64,000 bases of DNA from Planctomycetota bacterium (lineage in GTDB: Bacteria > Planctomycetota > Phycisphaerae > UBA1845). Of the stretch, positions 51,571 to 61,600 are shown in pieces (within the stretch, counting starts at the first letter, position 1; each line of letters opens with the position of its first letter). Where the stretch lies: the NCBI GenBank assembly GCA_016200265.1, contig JACQFE010000012.1, positions 20,332 through 84,331 of the forward strand. Direction: 5' to 3'. The notes below the pieces were generated by a model. That model was not told where the DNA came from. It saw only the letters and a list, made by a program, of their open reading frames with translations, and ran no database searches. The position numbers and the translations under genes were made by a program.

Positions 51571-52575
51571 ATGCTTGATCATCTGCAGTTTGGTGTTTTT
51601 GCCCCGCACGCATGGACGCGTGCTGCATCGCTACTCTTGGTCCTGTTTGCGGGTTGCTTTGCGCCGAAACGCGGCATCTTAATCATGGCGCATGGCGGTG
51701 ATCCCAAATGGAACGCGGACGTTGAGGCCGTGGTGGAGCCCATACGTAGCAAGTTCCCCACTGAGATCGCGTTTGGGATGGCTCAAACTTCGTCCATACG
51801 TGAGGCCGTAAGCAAACTTGAAGAAAAAGGCGTCAAGGAGATTGCGGTGGTGCGGCTGTTTATTTCGGGAGACAGTTTTGTTCCCGCGACGGAATACATT
51901 CTTGGTCTCCGCGATACGCCGCCGCCCCATCCGCTTGCCTCGCGCGAAGCTGAGTCCGCTAGCCTCGCGGGCAAGCCACCCGTTGCAAAGGCTCACCCTG
52001 GGACCGCAGGTACTGACCACGCTATCGACGACGCGACGCACGATGAACAAAGCGGCGTGGATCACCATGCCGGTCACTGCATGGAGACTCCCGAGCCAAT
52101 TCGATCGAACTCCAGGTTTTTTCTGAGCGATGAAGGCGTCGGGGAGTCACCTTTGATTGACGAAATACTCCATGATCGCGTCAAGTCACTGAGCACCGAC
52201 CCGGCGCAAGAGTCAGTTTTGATTCTTGCACACGGACCCGGCGACGACGCCGAAAACGAACGCTGGCTCGCGAACATGAACCACCGCCTGCAACAGCTCG
52301 GCAAGATCGGTCCCTTTCGAGAAATTCGCTGCGAGACGCTCCGCGAAGATTGGCCACAGCGGCGCCAAGAAGCAGAGCGACGCATCCGCGACTTCGTCGA
52401 AAAAGCCGATCACAGCGGGGGTCGATGTCTGGTTGTACCCTTCCGCGTATCAGGTTTCGGACCCTACAAGGACGTTCTTGCCGGGTTGAACTATGTGGCC
52501 GACGAACGAGGCTTTTGTCCGCATCCGAACATGACCAAATGGATCGAGCAGGCGGCCAGAAAGTGCTGGCAATAA
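51571..52575 (+). CDS. Tandem CbiX/SirB-like (chelatase-fold) domain protein, probably periplasmic
   Basis: Signal/TM segment, then two halves each starting ILIMAHGG... / VLILAHGPGDD..., with VKEIAVVRLFIS resembling CbiX. Confidence 0.5.
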   Translation: MLDHLQFGVFAPHAWTRAASLLLVLFAGCFAPKRGILIMAHGGDPKWNADVEAVVEPIRSKFPTEIAFGMAQTSSIREAVSKLEEKGVKEIAVVRLFISGDSFVPATEYILGLRDTPPPHPLASREAESASLAGKPPVAKAHPGTAGTDHAIDDATHDEQSGVDHHAGHCMETPEPIRSNSRFFLSDEGVGESPLIDEILHDRVKSLSTDPAQESVLILAHGPGDDAENERWLANMNHRLQQLGKIGPFREIRCETLREDWPQRRQEAERRIRDFVEKADHSGGRCLVVPFRVSGFGPYKDVLAGLNYVADERGFCPHPNMTKWIEQAARKCWQ

Positions 52576-52583
52576 GATCTTGT

Positions 52584-54434
52584 TTACTCCAACCACGCGT
52601 TCCGAGAGCGTCGGCACAGAATCCACGTCGCTGAAACGATCACGATCACAGCGGTCGTCACGATTCCCTTGGATGACAGCGCGGGGATTGCCTGGGTTGC
52701 TTCGACAATCTGCACGATGATGCCGTTCGAGGGAATGTCGTCCACCATGGCGAAGACCATGTAATGTCCGAGCGGGAGGACATTGGGATCTGCCGGCAAA
52801 GTCGCCACTACTTGCGCGCCGGTCTGAGACATAGGCAGAACCAATCTTCTTGGCACTCCGCCATCAACCCAGTGGGTCGTAGTTTGTGTGCCCATCAAGG
52901 CGATGCTGGTGATTTGCGTCTCTGGAGTAATGTTCAAAGTCAACGAAGCGCCTCGCCCCAGTGTATTCGTCGAGACCGAAGTTATTTGTGGACGCACCCC
53001 GCGGAACAGATACGGCGGCGAGAATGCCTCGATGTCATTTGAAGTCGGACCAACTTGGAACTTGATGCGCGTGCCGCCGGTGGTGAGTACGCGTCCGTCA
53101 GGGATAAGAAGCGTGACCGCATGATATTCGCGGAACCAGTTCATGTCCGCGACGCGCCGCCAGAAATCGGTTCCCGGGTCGTAGAGATCGGTCCACTTCA
53201 CTATACCCAACGAAGTCGGAACCGGCGGCGGAATGGCCTGTGTTTCGCCCGCAGCGACCAGAATTCTCCCGTCAGGAAGCTGAACGACTTCGCTTTGAAA
53301 GCGCAGTAGGCCTGGATTCGACGTTAGAGTCCATGTTCCCGTGGAAGGGTCGTAAATCTCACCCATGTTCATGTTGCTAGGTGATTCCTGTCGGATTCCG
53401 ATGGCCAGCACGCGACCGTCTTCAAGAACGACGATGGAATGATCGCAGTGGTTGGGCCATCCGCGAGTCGGCTGATTGAAAGCCCCGGTCGCCCGCCACA
53501 GACCTGTGCCCGGATTGTATAGCTGCGGCCTGGACCATGTCGCCAGCACTTCGCCCGTGTAGAGCAGCGCCGATGGCGGAAATTCGACGGGATCGAGCAT
53601 CGACCCTGTAAAGCTCCATGTCTGAGTGTTGAGGTCAAAACGTTCGCAGGTGTTCGTTCTGACTGCTTGGCAACACGTGCCGCCGCCCATTACCAATAAT
53701 GAACCATCCGCGAGCCGCGCAAGACCGGGATACCAGCGACCGACGGACAGTTGCAAATCTGCGAGTCGTTGCCACGTGTCATTGGGCTGCGAATATGTCT
53801 TTACCCACGGAACCGCATCCACAAAATTACCAGGATCCTCGCCGTTCTGCCCGCCGACGAAGATCACTTTTCCGTCTTCCAACATACTTCCATTCATGCA
53901 GCCGGAAGGAAGTCCAGAACCTGACGGAAAAGTTTTCGATCCATTAACCGGGTTAAAGAGAATTGGATCGACAGTGTCGTGGCAATAGAAAATACTCCCA
54001 TTCGACAGCAGAACACCAATGTCCGTCCCATCGAGGACTTCGGGCTCCGTTGTGCCAATGATGTCCCAGCGTCCTTGTTGCGTCTCCAGTCCTAACGAGA
54101 AGTCACGTTGCAGCGCGCCCGAGCTGACACTTGCCGGTGATTCGAGGTATGCGAAGTGCAACGCTGCACAGCCGACCTGATAGTTTCCGCTCGGCACATT
54201 AGGGATTGAATATGCGCCCGCGAGATCAGTTCGTGCTTCCCGAAAAAACGCAAGCCCAGCGTCGAAGACGGTTACGCGCGCATTTGCAATCGGGTCGTTC
54301 GGAGGCGTCGACCGACGAACTTCTCCGGTTACGGTTGCAGCATCGGTAAACGATGGGCTTCCGAGAATTGCGGCCACGCACACCGCAGACAACTTGCAGT
54401 TAATGCTCCAATTCCTCATGGCGGTCTCAAGCAT
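52584..54434 (-). CDS. Galactose oxidase/glyoxal oxidase-like protein (Kelch propeller + DUF1929) with N-terminal carboxypeptidase-regulatory-like domain and IPTL-CTERM-like tail
   Basis: GRWYPGLARLADGSLLVMGG, REYHAVTLLIPDGRVLTTGG, IEAFSPPYLFRGVRPQI. Tail AIPALSSKGIVTTAVIVIVSATWILCRRSR. Confidence 0.75.
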   Translation of the reverse strand: MLETAMRNWSINCKLSAVCVAAILGSPSFTDAATVTGEVRRSTPPNDPIANARVTVFDAGLAFFREARTDLAGAYSIPNVPSGNYQVGCAALHFAYLESPASVSSGALQRDFSLGLETQQGRWDIIGTTEPEVLDGTDIGVLLSNGSIFYCHDTVDPILFNPVNGSKTFPSGSGLPSGCMNGSMLEDGKVIFVGGQNGEDPGNFVDAVPWVKTYSQPNDTWQRLADLQLSVGRWYPGLARLADGSLLVMGGGTCCQAVRTNTCERFDLNTQTWSFTGSMLDPVEFPPSALLYTGEVLATWSRPQLYNPGTGLWRATGAFNQPTRGWPNHCDHSIVVLEDGRVLAIGIRQESPSNMNMGEIYDPSTGTWTLTSNPGLLRFQSEVVQLPDGRILVAAGETQAIPPPVPTSLGIVKWTDLYDPGTDFWRRVADMNWFREYHAVTLLIPDGRVLTTGGTRIKFQVGPTSNDIEAFSPPYLFRGVRPQITSVSTNTLGRGASLTLNITPETQITSIALMGTQTTTHWVDGGVPRRLVLPMSQTGAQVVATLPADPNVLPLGHYMVFAMVDDIPSNGIIVQIVEATQAIPALSSKGIVTTAVIVIVSATWILCRRSRNAWLE

Positions 54435-54460
54435 TTACTTCCTTAGCTATTTAACTGCAA

Positions 54461-54778
54461 CTAATTCCGATCGGCTAGCACCCGCCTTTGAGCCGCAACG
54501 TTTTCAGCATACTTGGCTGGGTTTGCCTTGTATTTCGCGATGCAGTCCTTGCAGCAGAAATACACGCGCCCGTCGTCCGTCTTTATGTATACCTTCGTGT
54601 CGATCGGCTCGTTCTCCATGACCGGGCATTTGGCGAGTTTCTTGCTGTTCCCCGCCGCATTTGCGTTCTCCGATGCAGCCTGAGACCGATCGAATCCTCC
54701 GTCTCGCGAAGCGCAGCCGCCGGCCACAAGAACAAGCCCCCCAACCAACAACAAATTAGTGAATCGTGCGATTCTCAT
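54461..54778 (-). CDS. YHS/TRASH-domain lipoprotein
   Basis: Lipobox LVAGGC. KCPVMENEPIDTKVYIKTDDGRVYFCCKDCIAKYKANPAKY. Confidence 0.55.
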   Translation of the reverse strand: MRIARFTNLLLVGGLVLVAGGCASRDGGFDRSQAASENANAAGNSKKLAKCPVMENEPIDTKVYIKTDDGRVYFCCKDCIAKYKANPAKYAENVAAQRRVLADRN

Positions 54779-55101
54779 TTCGTTTCTCCAATTCCAGCAT
54801 AGACTGATCTGTCGTCGATTTGTTCAGATTCCGATGACGAGGCGCAAATTCTACCCTTTGGATTCCTTGGTTTCCACGGCTCACATTCCATTGTGAGCTT
54901 TCAGAACAGAAACGCGGCGACGGCCTGGCGGATGAAATCAACGATAAAACCCGAGACGTTGCCGGTTGTAATCGCGCCTTGCCCGGCGGCTGAGCAACCG
55001 GACGTAGTTGCAATGATTCCAAGACTCAACAGCAGGCTCAATGGACGTATTCGTCGAATTCGTTTTCTCACGGATGTTCTCCAAAGTGTTTCGTAGTTCC
55101 C

Positions 55102-56592
55102 TTATGGCGGTGGCAATAACTTCGGCACCGGGCCGGCAAGCTGGCGCTCGATATTCGCGGTGCTCACCTCAAGGTCCCGCACGGCCGCTGCGTGATCCAA
55201 CCTCGTCCGGATCAACGATTCTTGTGCCAGCAACACTGTCAGGATAGACTCCCTTCCCGATTGATACGCCGTCTGCGCCAATGAGAGATTCGCCTCCTGC
55301 AATGGCACCAGCGAGTCACGAAAAAGCTTGACTCGATCCTCCGCCAAGCGCCGCTGCACGAATGCGTTACGCACTCCCTCGGCGACGCGCTGTTCGATTT
55401 CTTCGTAGCGCTGTTGCAATTCTTTGGCGCGGAATTGCGCCTTGGCGATTTGCGCTTGATTCTGGTCGAAAATCGGCAGCGGCATTTCGATTGAGGGGCC
55501 GAGGACCATGTCGATTTCGCGACTGCGCTCCTGGCGTCGCTGGGCGCGGGATTGAATTCCAGGCGCTGTCAGTCTTCCGGAAGCGATCGAAGCCCGCGCC
55601 GTGTCCGCGGCCACGCTTCGCCCCGGCTCCGGGCGTCGTTCGAAGCGCTCGCCCGCAAGACCAAGGTTCAAACTGGGGATGACGCGGCGACGTTGTTGAT
55701 CATACTCGGCGATCGCCGCCTCCAGTTCCCAGTTGGCCGCCTGTACGTCGAGGCGTTGCAGGAGGGCGCCTTCGACCAACTCCGATTCGTCCATCGAAAG
55801 CCCTGTGTCGCGCTGATCCATGACCAGAGTTTCCGGATTCCATTCAGCGGAAGCCCTTGAGACCCCCATGAGCCTGAGCAAGGTTCGACGACTCATGCCG
55901 GCGTCAGTATGCAGTTGTAGAAGCTGGTTTTGCGCCTCCAAGTAGCGCGCCCGCACCAGGTTCACGTCGAGCTGCGTCGTATCGCCGGCACGCAATCGCG
56001 CCTGCGCAACCTCCATCGACTCCTGCAAGATTTTCAGGTTCTGGTCCTGCAACTCACTTGCCATCACTTGATATTGCAGCCCAAAATACGCAGTCCTCGT
56101 CTCATTCAAAAGGGCAATCGCGGTGTCCGCGAAAGAGAGCACCCGCTGTTGCACCATCGCCTGCGCGGCGCGCTTGCGTACGGGTCTCAGCCATAAATCG
56201 GCGATGTCCCTCGATAGGCCAAAGACGACGTCCGCCCGCCCTCCACCCTCAGGGAACTGAGACATCAGGGACAAAACCGGATTGGACAACAAGACCGCCT
56301 GCACCAGGTCCGCTTTGGCCTGCCCTAGCACTTCCAGATCGGCGCGTAGCGACCGGTTGTTCGATAGGGTAAGCTCAATGACAGACTCAAGCGGCACTCG
56401 GCCGTTATCATCCACGACCAGTTCGCGGGTGTCGGGTCGCGCCGCCCAGGTTGTCTTCATTCCGGACGCACGCGACATGGCATCATCCGCCGCCGTAAGC
56501 TCCGGCCGATGATCGACCGTCGCGCACGATGCAAGCGGCAGTAACAGCAGTCCGAATCCGCGTTTCAACCGATGAATTGATTCAAATCTCAT
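55102..56592 (-). CDS. TolC/CzcC-family outer membrane efflux protein
   Basis: Lipoprotein-like leader LLLPLASC. Two OEP-type helical repeats. Lies in the RND operon. Confidence 0.75.
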   Translation of the reverse strand: MRFESIHRLKRGFGLLLLPLASCATVDHRPELTAADDAMSRASGMKTTWAARPDTRELVVDDNGRVPLESVIELTLSNNRSLRADLEVLGQAKADLVQAVLLSNPVLSLMSQFPEGGGRADVVFGLSRDIADLWLRPVRKRAAQAMVQQRVLSFADTAIALLNETRTAYFGLQYQVMASELQDQNLKILQESMEVAQARLRAGDTTQLDVNLVRARYLEAQNQLLQLHTDAGMSRRTLLRLMGVSRASAEWNPETLVMDQRDTGLSMDESELVEGALLQRLDVQAANWELEAAIAEYDQQRRRVIPSLNLGLAGERFERRPEPGRSVAADTARASIASGRLTAPGIQSRAQRRQERSREIDMVLGPSIEMPLPIFDQNQAQIAKAQFRAKELQQRYEEIEQRVAEGVRNAFVQRRLAEDRVKLFRDSLVPLQEANLSLAQTAYQSGRESILTVLLAQESLIRTRLDHAAAVRDLEVSTANIERQLAGPVPKLLPPP

Positions 56593-56621
56593 TGCCGTTC
56601 ATCCTGTCGCATCAAATCGGC

Positions 56622-57545
56622 CTAATGATCATTTCCACTCGGCTCTTTGCTTGGTTCATGAAACTCGAAATTGAACGCCTGCGGCTTCTCTCCGTTCTTG
56701 AAATCGATCGTGGCCTTGATTCCAACCGGGAATTTGACCGACGCATCGATTTGCGCTGCAAGATACGCCTTACCGGGCTCGATTTTCATCGTGAATGGCT
56801 TGGCTTGGTCTGCGCCATCCATCCACAGAGTGCTCTTTTGAGTCCACGCATTCCCGTCAGTGATGAAACCCTCCGCGGATATCGGCTTGGTATACTCATC
56901 GTAGAAATACACTCGAAACTCGCCGCTCACCGAAAGTGTCCCTTCCAGATGATGGTTTTGATCCGAGGTCATGAAGAAAACACCGCCGTGCTTTGCATTG
57001 TGGTCGAGATGGGCCCTTACATCCTGGACTTCCATCCCGCACTTCGGACATTTTCCCGGCTTGTCGTAGGTCTTCTCCCCTTCGCACTTCATCGGACATT
57101 GGTAGACTATCGGAGCATACTTTGCCAACGAGTCCGCAAGCTTGACCATTTCGTCGTAAACTGTTTTGGTTTCGGCGGCGTTCCCGGAGTCGGCGGCCTT
57201 GTCCATCGGGTCGAACTTCGCGGCGAGTTCCTTCCCCGCAAGGTTGATCTCCTTCACCGCTTCCTTGGGAACGCCCGAACCTTCTTTCAGGGCGAGTTGT
57301 CCGATCACTTTGGCGACCTTCTGGATTACATCCGCCTCGGCATGCACCTTGGCGAGCTCCTTGGTTTGCATCAAATCAGTGATTTCGTGCAAACGGTTCT
57401 TGATCTCGCCCACGGCATCCGCGTACGTCGTGGGCATCTTGAACTCAACAGGTTTCCCATGCTCATGTTGATGTTGCACCCGCACCGGTGAACGGGCAGC
57501 AGTAAAGAAAATCAACACGGCAAACAACTGCAATGTCCGACTCAT
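56622..57545 (-). CDS. Periplasmic metal-binding protein: His-rich N-terminus + one helical module + CxxC...CxxC heavy-metal-binding domain + beta-rich C-terminal domain
   Basis: Signal peptide; QHQHEHGKP; YQCPMKCEGEKTYDKPGKCPKCGMEV. Paralogous to 57752..58627. Confidence 0.65.
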   Translation of the reverse strand: MSRTLQLFAVLIFFTAARSPVRVQHQHEHGKPVEFKMPTTYADAVGEIKNRLHEITDLMQTKELAKVHAEADVIQKVAKVIGQLALKEGSGVPKEAVKEINLAGKELAAKFDPMDKAADSGNAAETKTVYDEMVKLADSLAKYAPIVYQCPMKCEGEKTYDKPGKCPKCGMEVQDVRAHLDHNAKHGGVFFMTSDQNHHLEGTLSVSGEFRVYFYDEYTKPISAEGFITDGNAWTQKSTLWMDGADQAKPFTMKIEPGKAYLAAQIDASVKFPVGIKATIDFKNGEKPQAFNFEFHEPSKEPSGNDH

Positions 57546-57751
57546 GAATTTCTTTCCTTTCGCAGTTTCTTGCGTCCCTGGAACCCGTCGGTAACCCATG
57601 CGCTCCGCGGATAGAAAAATGCCAACGTGACGAACAACCGCCCGATGAAACGCAAAACCTGTGCATGACGTCCGTCGTCCTTGGAGAATCTCCCCGTGGA
57701 GAGCATGAAATTGTATTTGTGCCGGCACCTCCTGGCTCCCTCCGCCTACTC

Positions 57752-58627
57752 TTACTTACGTGCCTTTAGCTCCATGCCGCACTTGGGGCACTTGCCGGGC
57801 TTGTCGTAGGTTTTCTCGCCCTCGCACTTCATGGGACATTGATAGACGGTGGCAACAAACTTCTGGAGAGTCACCGTCACACGAACCAATTCCTCGTAGT
57901 TTTTTTTCGCCCCGGCCAGATCGCCCGATTCACCCGCCTTCTCGATCCCTTCAGATTTCTCGGCAAGAGCGTCCCCGGCGTTGGTCACATCCTTCACGGC
58001 CTCCTTCGGCACTCCCGAGCCGTCCTTGGATGCAAGCGGACCGACCATCTTCGCCGTCTTTTGCAGGTCGTCGGCATGTTCATGAACGTCTTGGAGTTTC
58101 TTGGCTTCGATGAGTTCTCCGATCTCTTGGAGGTGGTGATCGATCTCTTCAACGGCTTCGCCGTAGGTCACGGGTGCGGCATACTTCTGCAGCGTGGCCG
58201 CGATCTTGACCATGTCCTCGTAAATCTTCTTTGTTCCGGCCAGGTCGCCGGAATCGCCTGCCTTGTCGATCGCATCGAACTTCGCGGCCAGGTCCTTCCC
58301 GGCGATGTTCACATCCTTTGCGGCATCTTTCGGCACCCCGGAGCCTTCCTTCAGGGCGAGTTGGCCGACTTGTTTCGCCACCTTCTGAATCACGTCCGCC
58401 TCCACATGGACCTTGTCGAGCTTTTTGTCCTCGATCAGCTCGGAAATCTCATGAAGGCGGTGCCCGATCTCCCTAACGGCGAGCCTGTAAGTCGTGGGCA
58501 TGGCGAAAGCGACGGGTTTCCCATGCTCTTCCCCCTTCTTGTCATCATGTCCATGTTGCGCACGCGCAACTGATCCACCCAAGGAAATCAGCACCAATGT
58601 CAGAACGACTTGGAACTTCGTTGACAT
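57752..58627 (-). CDS. Periplasmic metal-binding protein: His-rich N-terminus + two tandem ~105-aa helical modules + CxxC...CxxC heavy-metal-binding domain
   Basis: AGGAGG SD 7 nt before ATG 58627. QHGHDDKKGEEHGKP. Internal duplication (...KVHVEADVIQKVAKQVGQLALKEGSGVPKDA... / ...DVHEHADDLQKTAKMVGPLASKDGSGVPKEA...). C-terminus YQCPMKCEGEKTYDKPGKCPKCGMEL. Confidence 0.65.
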   Translation of the reverse strand: MSTKFQVVLTLVLISLGGSVARAQHGHDDKKGEEHGKPVAFAMPTTYRLAVREIGHRLHEISELIEDKKLDKVHVEADVIQKVAKQVGQLALKEGSGVPKDAAKDVNIAGKDLAAKFDAIDKAGDSGDLAGTKKIYEDMVKIAATLQKYAAPVTYGEAVEEIDHHLQEIGELIEAKKLQDVHEHADDLQKTAKMVGPLASKDGSGVPKEAVKDVTNAGDALAEKSEGIEKAGESGDLAGAKKNYEELVRVTVTLQKFVATVYQCPMKCEGEKTYDKPGKCPKCGMELKARK

Positions 58628-58684
58628 CACGAATCCTCCTTTTATTAAGATCTTTTCGGGCAACGCGCCCGGTTTTACAATTCG

Positions 58685-61600
58685 CTAGCCCAGCGCACCT
58701 GCGCCCAACACAGGCGCTGCAATTGCTTCCATCTTGTCACGACTCGTGGCTGGCGGTAGGACGCGTCCGTCCGAACCACCAGGCGTCAGCATGTACCCTT
58801 GTGCAGCCCGAAACTCATCAACCACTCGCTGCGATGATTTCCGTCCAAAGTGCAGGAACACCGTGGGCGTAATGCAAAAGTCAAGAAACGTGCTGGTTAG
58901 CAGACCTCCAAGCACGACCAGAGCAACTGGATAGAGAATCTCCTTCCCCGGCTGACCGGCAGCGAGTACGAGGGGGATTAGCGCCAATCCAGCAGTGAGG
59001 GCCGTCATCAGCACCGGCGCGACCCGCTCCTGGCTGCCGCGAACAACCATCTCCCGTCCGAACTCCATTCCCTCGTGCGTCATTAAGTGAATGTAGTGCG
59101 TGATCATGAGGATTCCGTTTCGACTGGCGATGCCGGTCAGGCTGATGAATCCCACCAAGCTCGCGACGCTGAAGTTCTCACGCGCAAGCCACAAAGCCAT
59201 CGTGCTTCCGATGAAGGCGAAGGGAATGTTCAACATGACCTGCACGACCATCTGGACAGAGCGGAAGTGGGAATACAGCAAGGCGAACATCGCGACGAGC
59301 GACAGGGCCCCGAGCAGTAGGAGCAACCGCGTCGCGGAGCGCTGGGCCTCAAACTGTCCGCCGATCGACAGAAAATAGCCGGGCGGCATTTTCTCGGCCG
59401 GCAGGTCCATCGCCAGCGATTTCTGAATCTCCGCGACCGTACTTCCCAAGTCCCGGCCCTGAACATTCGCCGAAACAACCATGCGACGCTGAACATTCTC
59501 CCGGCTAATCTGATTCGGGCCGGGTGTTTCTGTGATGCCGGCAACGTCTGACAGGAGCACCACAGCGCCCGTTGGTGAGATGATTCGAACGTCGTTGAGC
59601 TTCCGGATATTGTTGCGGATCGATTCATCTAGCAGGAGGACAAGGTCATAAGACTTCAGACCATCCAGCACTTGCGATACGACCTTGCCCTTCAAAGCAG
59701 TTTCAAGGGTGCGCACGAGATCCGCCGGTTTGAAACCGACACGAGCGGCGGCTTCGCGCTTCACGCGAATTCGAACTTGGGGAATAAGGACTTGTTTCTC
59801 AACTTGGAGATCCACCACGCCCTTGATGCCGTTCATTGCGGCCCGGACCTGATCCGCGAGGCTTCGCAACGCATTCAGGTTTTGGCCGGTGATCTTAACT
59901 GCAATCTGCGCTCGCACGCCGGACAACAAGTGGTCGATGCGGTGGCTGATGGGCTGCCCGACGTCAATCGCCACGCCAGACAATGTCTCCAGTTTCTGGC
60001 GAATCTCGGCAAGCACAACTTGCTTGAGACGCACCGCAGATGGCGCCATTCGCCCGTCGACAGTGACATGCTTGTCCGATTCTCGGGCCTCTTGCTCCGT
60101 CCAAAAATCCACGTCAAGCTCGGAATAATGAACGCCCTCGGCGTGCTCGTCCTGCTCGGCGCGCCCCGTACGCCGACCGGTTGATTTGACTTCTGGAACG
60201 GAAAGGATGAGTTCTTCCGCTTTGGCCCCTAGGCGATCGGATTCAGCAAGTGAGATACCCGGGTCAGCGATGACGTTGATAGTTGCAGTGCCTTCGTTAA
60301 ACGCGGGCAGGAACTCGCTTCCCAGCCGCGTGACCAGAAAGACACCCAGGGCGACAAAACCCAGCGCGACGCCGATCACCGTCCACGGCCGAGGCATCGT
60401 CACGTCGTACATCCGGCGCGCAAAGTGCTTGCACGCCCGCAGAACGGGACCATCCTTCTCGTGTTCCATGCGCTTCATGTTGGGCAGCAGGTAGAACGCC
60501 AAGGCCGGCGTGATGGTCAACGAAACCACCAGCGACATGAGGATGCTGATGATGTAGGCGATGGCCAGGGGCTGAAATAGTCTGCCTTCGATTCCAGACA
60601 GAGCAAAAAGGGGCAGGAAAACCAGCAGAACGACGGCCGTTCCATAGACGATGGAGTTTCGAATCTCGCTCGATGCGTCGAAGACAACATCCATAGCCGG
60701 ACGGGGATTCGTCAAATGGCGGTTCTCGCGCAAACGGCGAAACACGTTTTCCACGTCCACGACAGCGTCATCGACGAGCTCGCCGATCGCTACTGCGATG
60801 CCGCCGAGGGTCATGGTGTTGATCGACTGACCGAGGAGCTTGAAGGTGAGGGCGGTCAAGAGCAGTGAAATGGGCAGCGCCGTCAAGGTGATCAGCGTGG
60901 TTCGCACGTTCATCAGAAACAGAATCAGTACGATAACCACAAGGATCGAACCGTCGCGAAGGGCTTCCTCGACATTGCCGATGGCGGCTTCGATGAAATG
61001 TGATTGCCGGAACAAGTCGGCGTTGATGACCAAGTCTTTCGGTAGCGTAGGGCGCATCTGTTCGATCGCCGCGTCGATCCGCCCCGTGAGGTCACGGGTA
61101 TCGGCGCCGGGCTGCTTTTGAATTGCCATGATGACCGCGGGTATGGCGTTCATTGATCCGTCACCACGTTTGATCGGCGCCCCACCCTCCCGCACAATGG
61201 CCACGTCGCGGACCAGGATCGGACGAGTGACCCCTTCATTGGTGCGCGTGGCAACCAACGACGTTTCAATGTCAGTAACGGATGCGACGCGGCCGAGATT
61301 GCGAACGACGAATTCCTGACTTCCGCCGATGATGAATCCGCCGCCCGAGTTCTCGTTCGCATTTTTCAGGGCCTCTTCCAGGTCGCTGAGTGTCAGTTCG
61401 AAGCGCCGAAGCTTCTCCGGATCGGCCAGGACCTGGAACTGACGAACCTGGCCTCCCATCACGGTGACTTGCGCGATTCCGGCAACGGACAAAAACGCCG
61501 GGCGAAGGGTCCAGTCGGCCAGCGAGCGAACGTCCATCGGTGAGAGCACTTCGCTGCGCAGACCGACGAGCATGATTTCGCCCATGATGGAGCTGACCGG

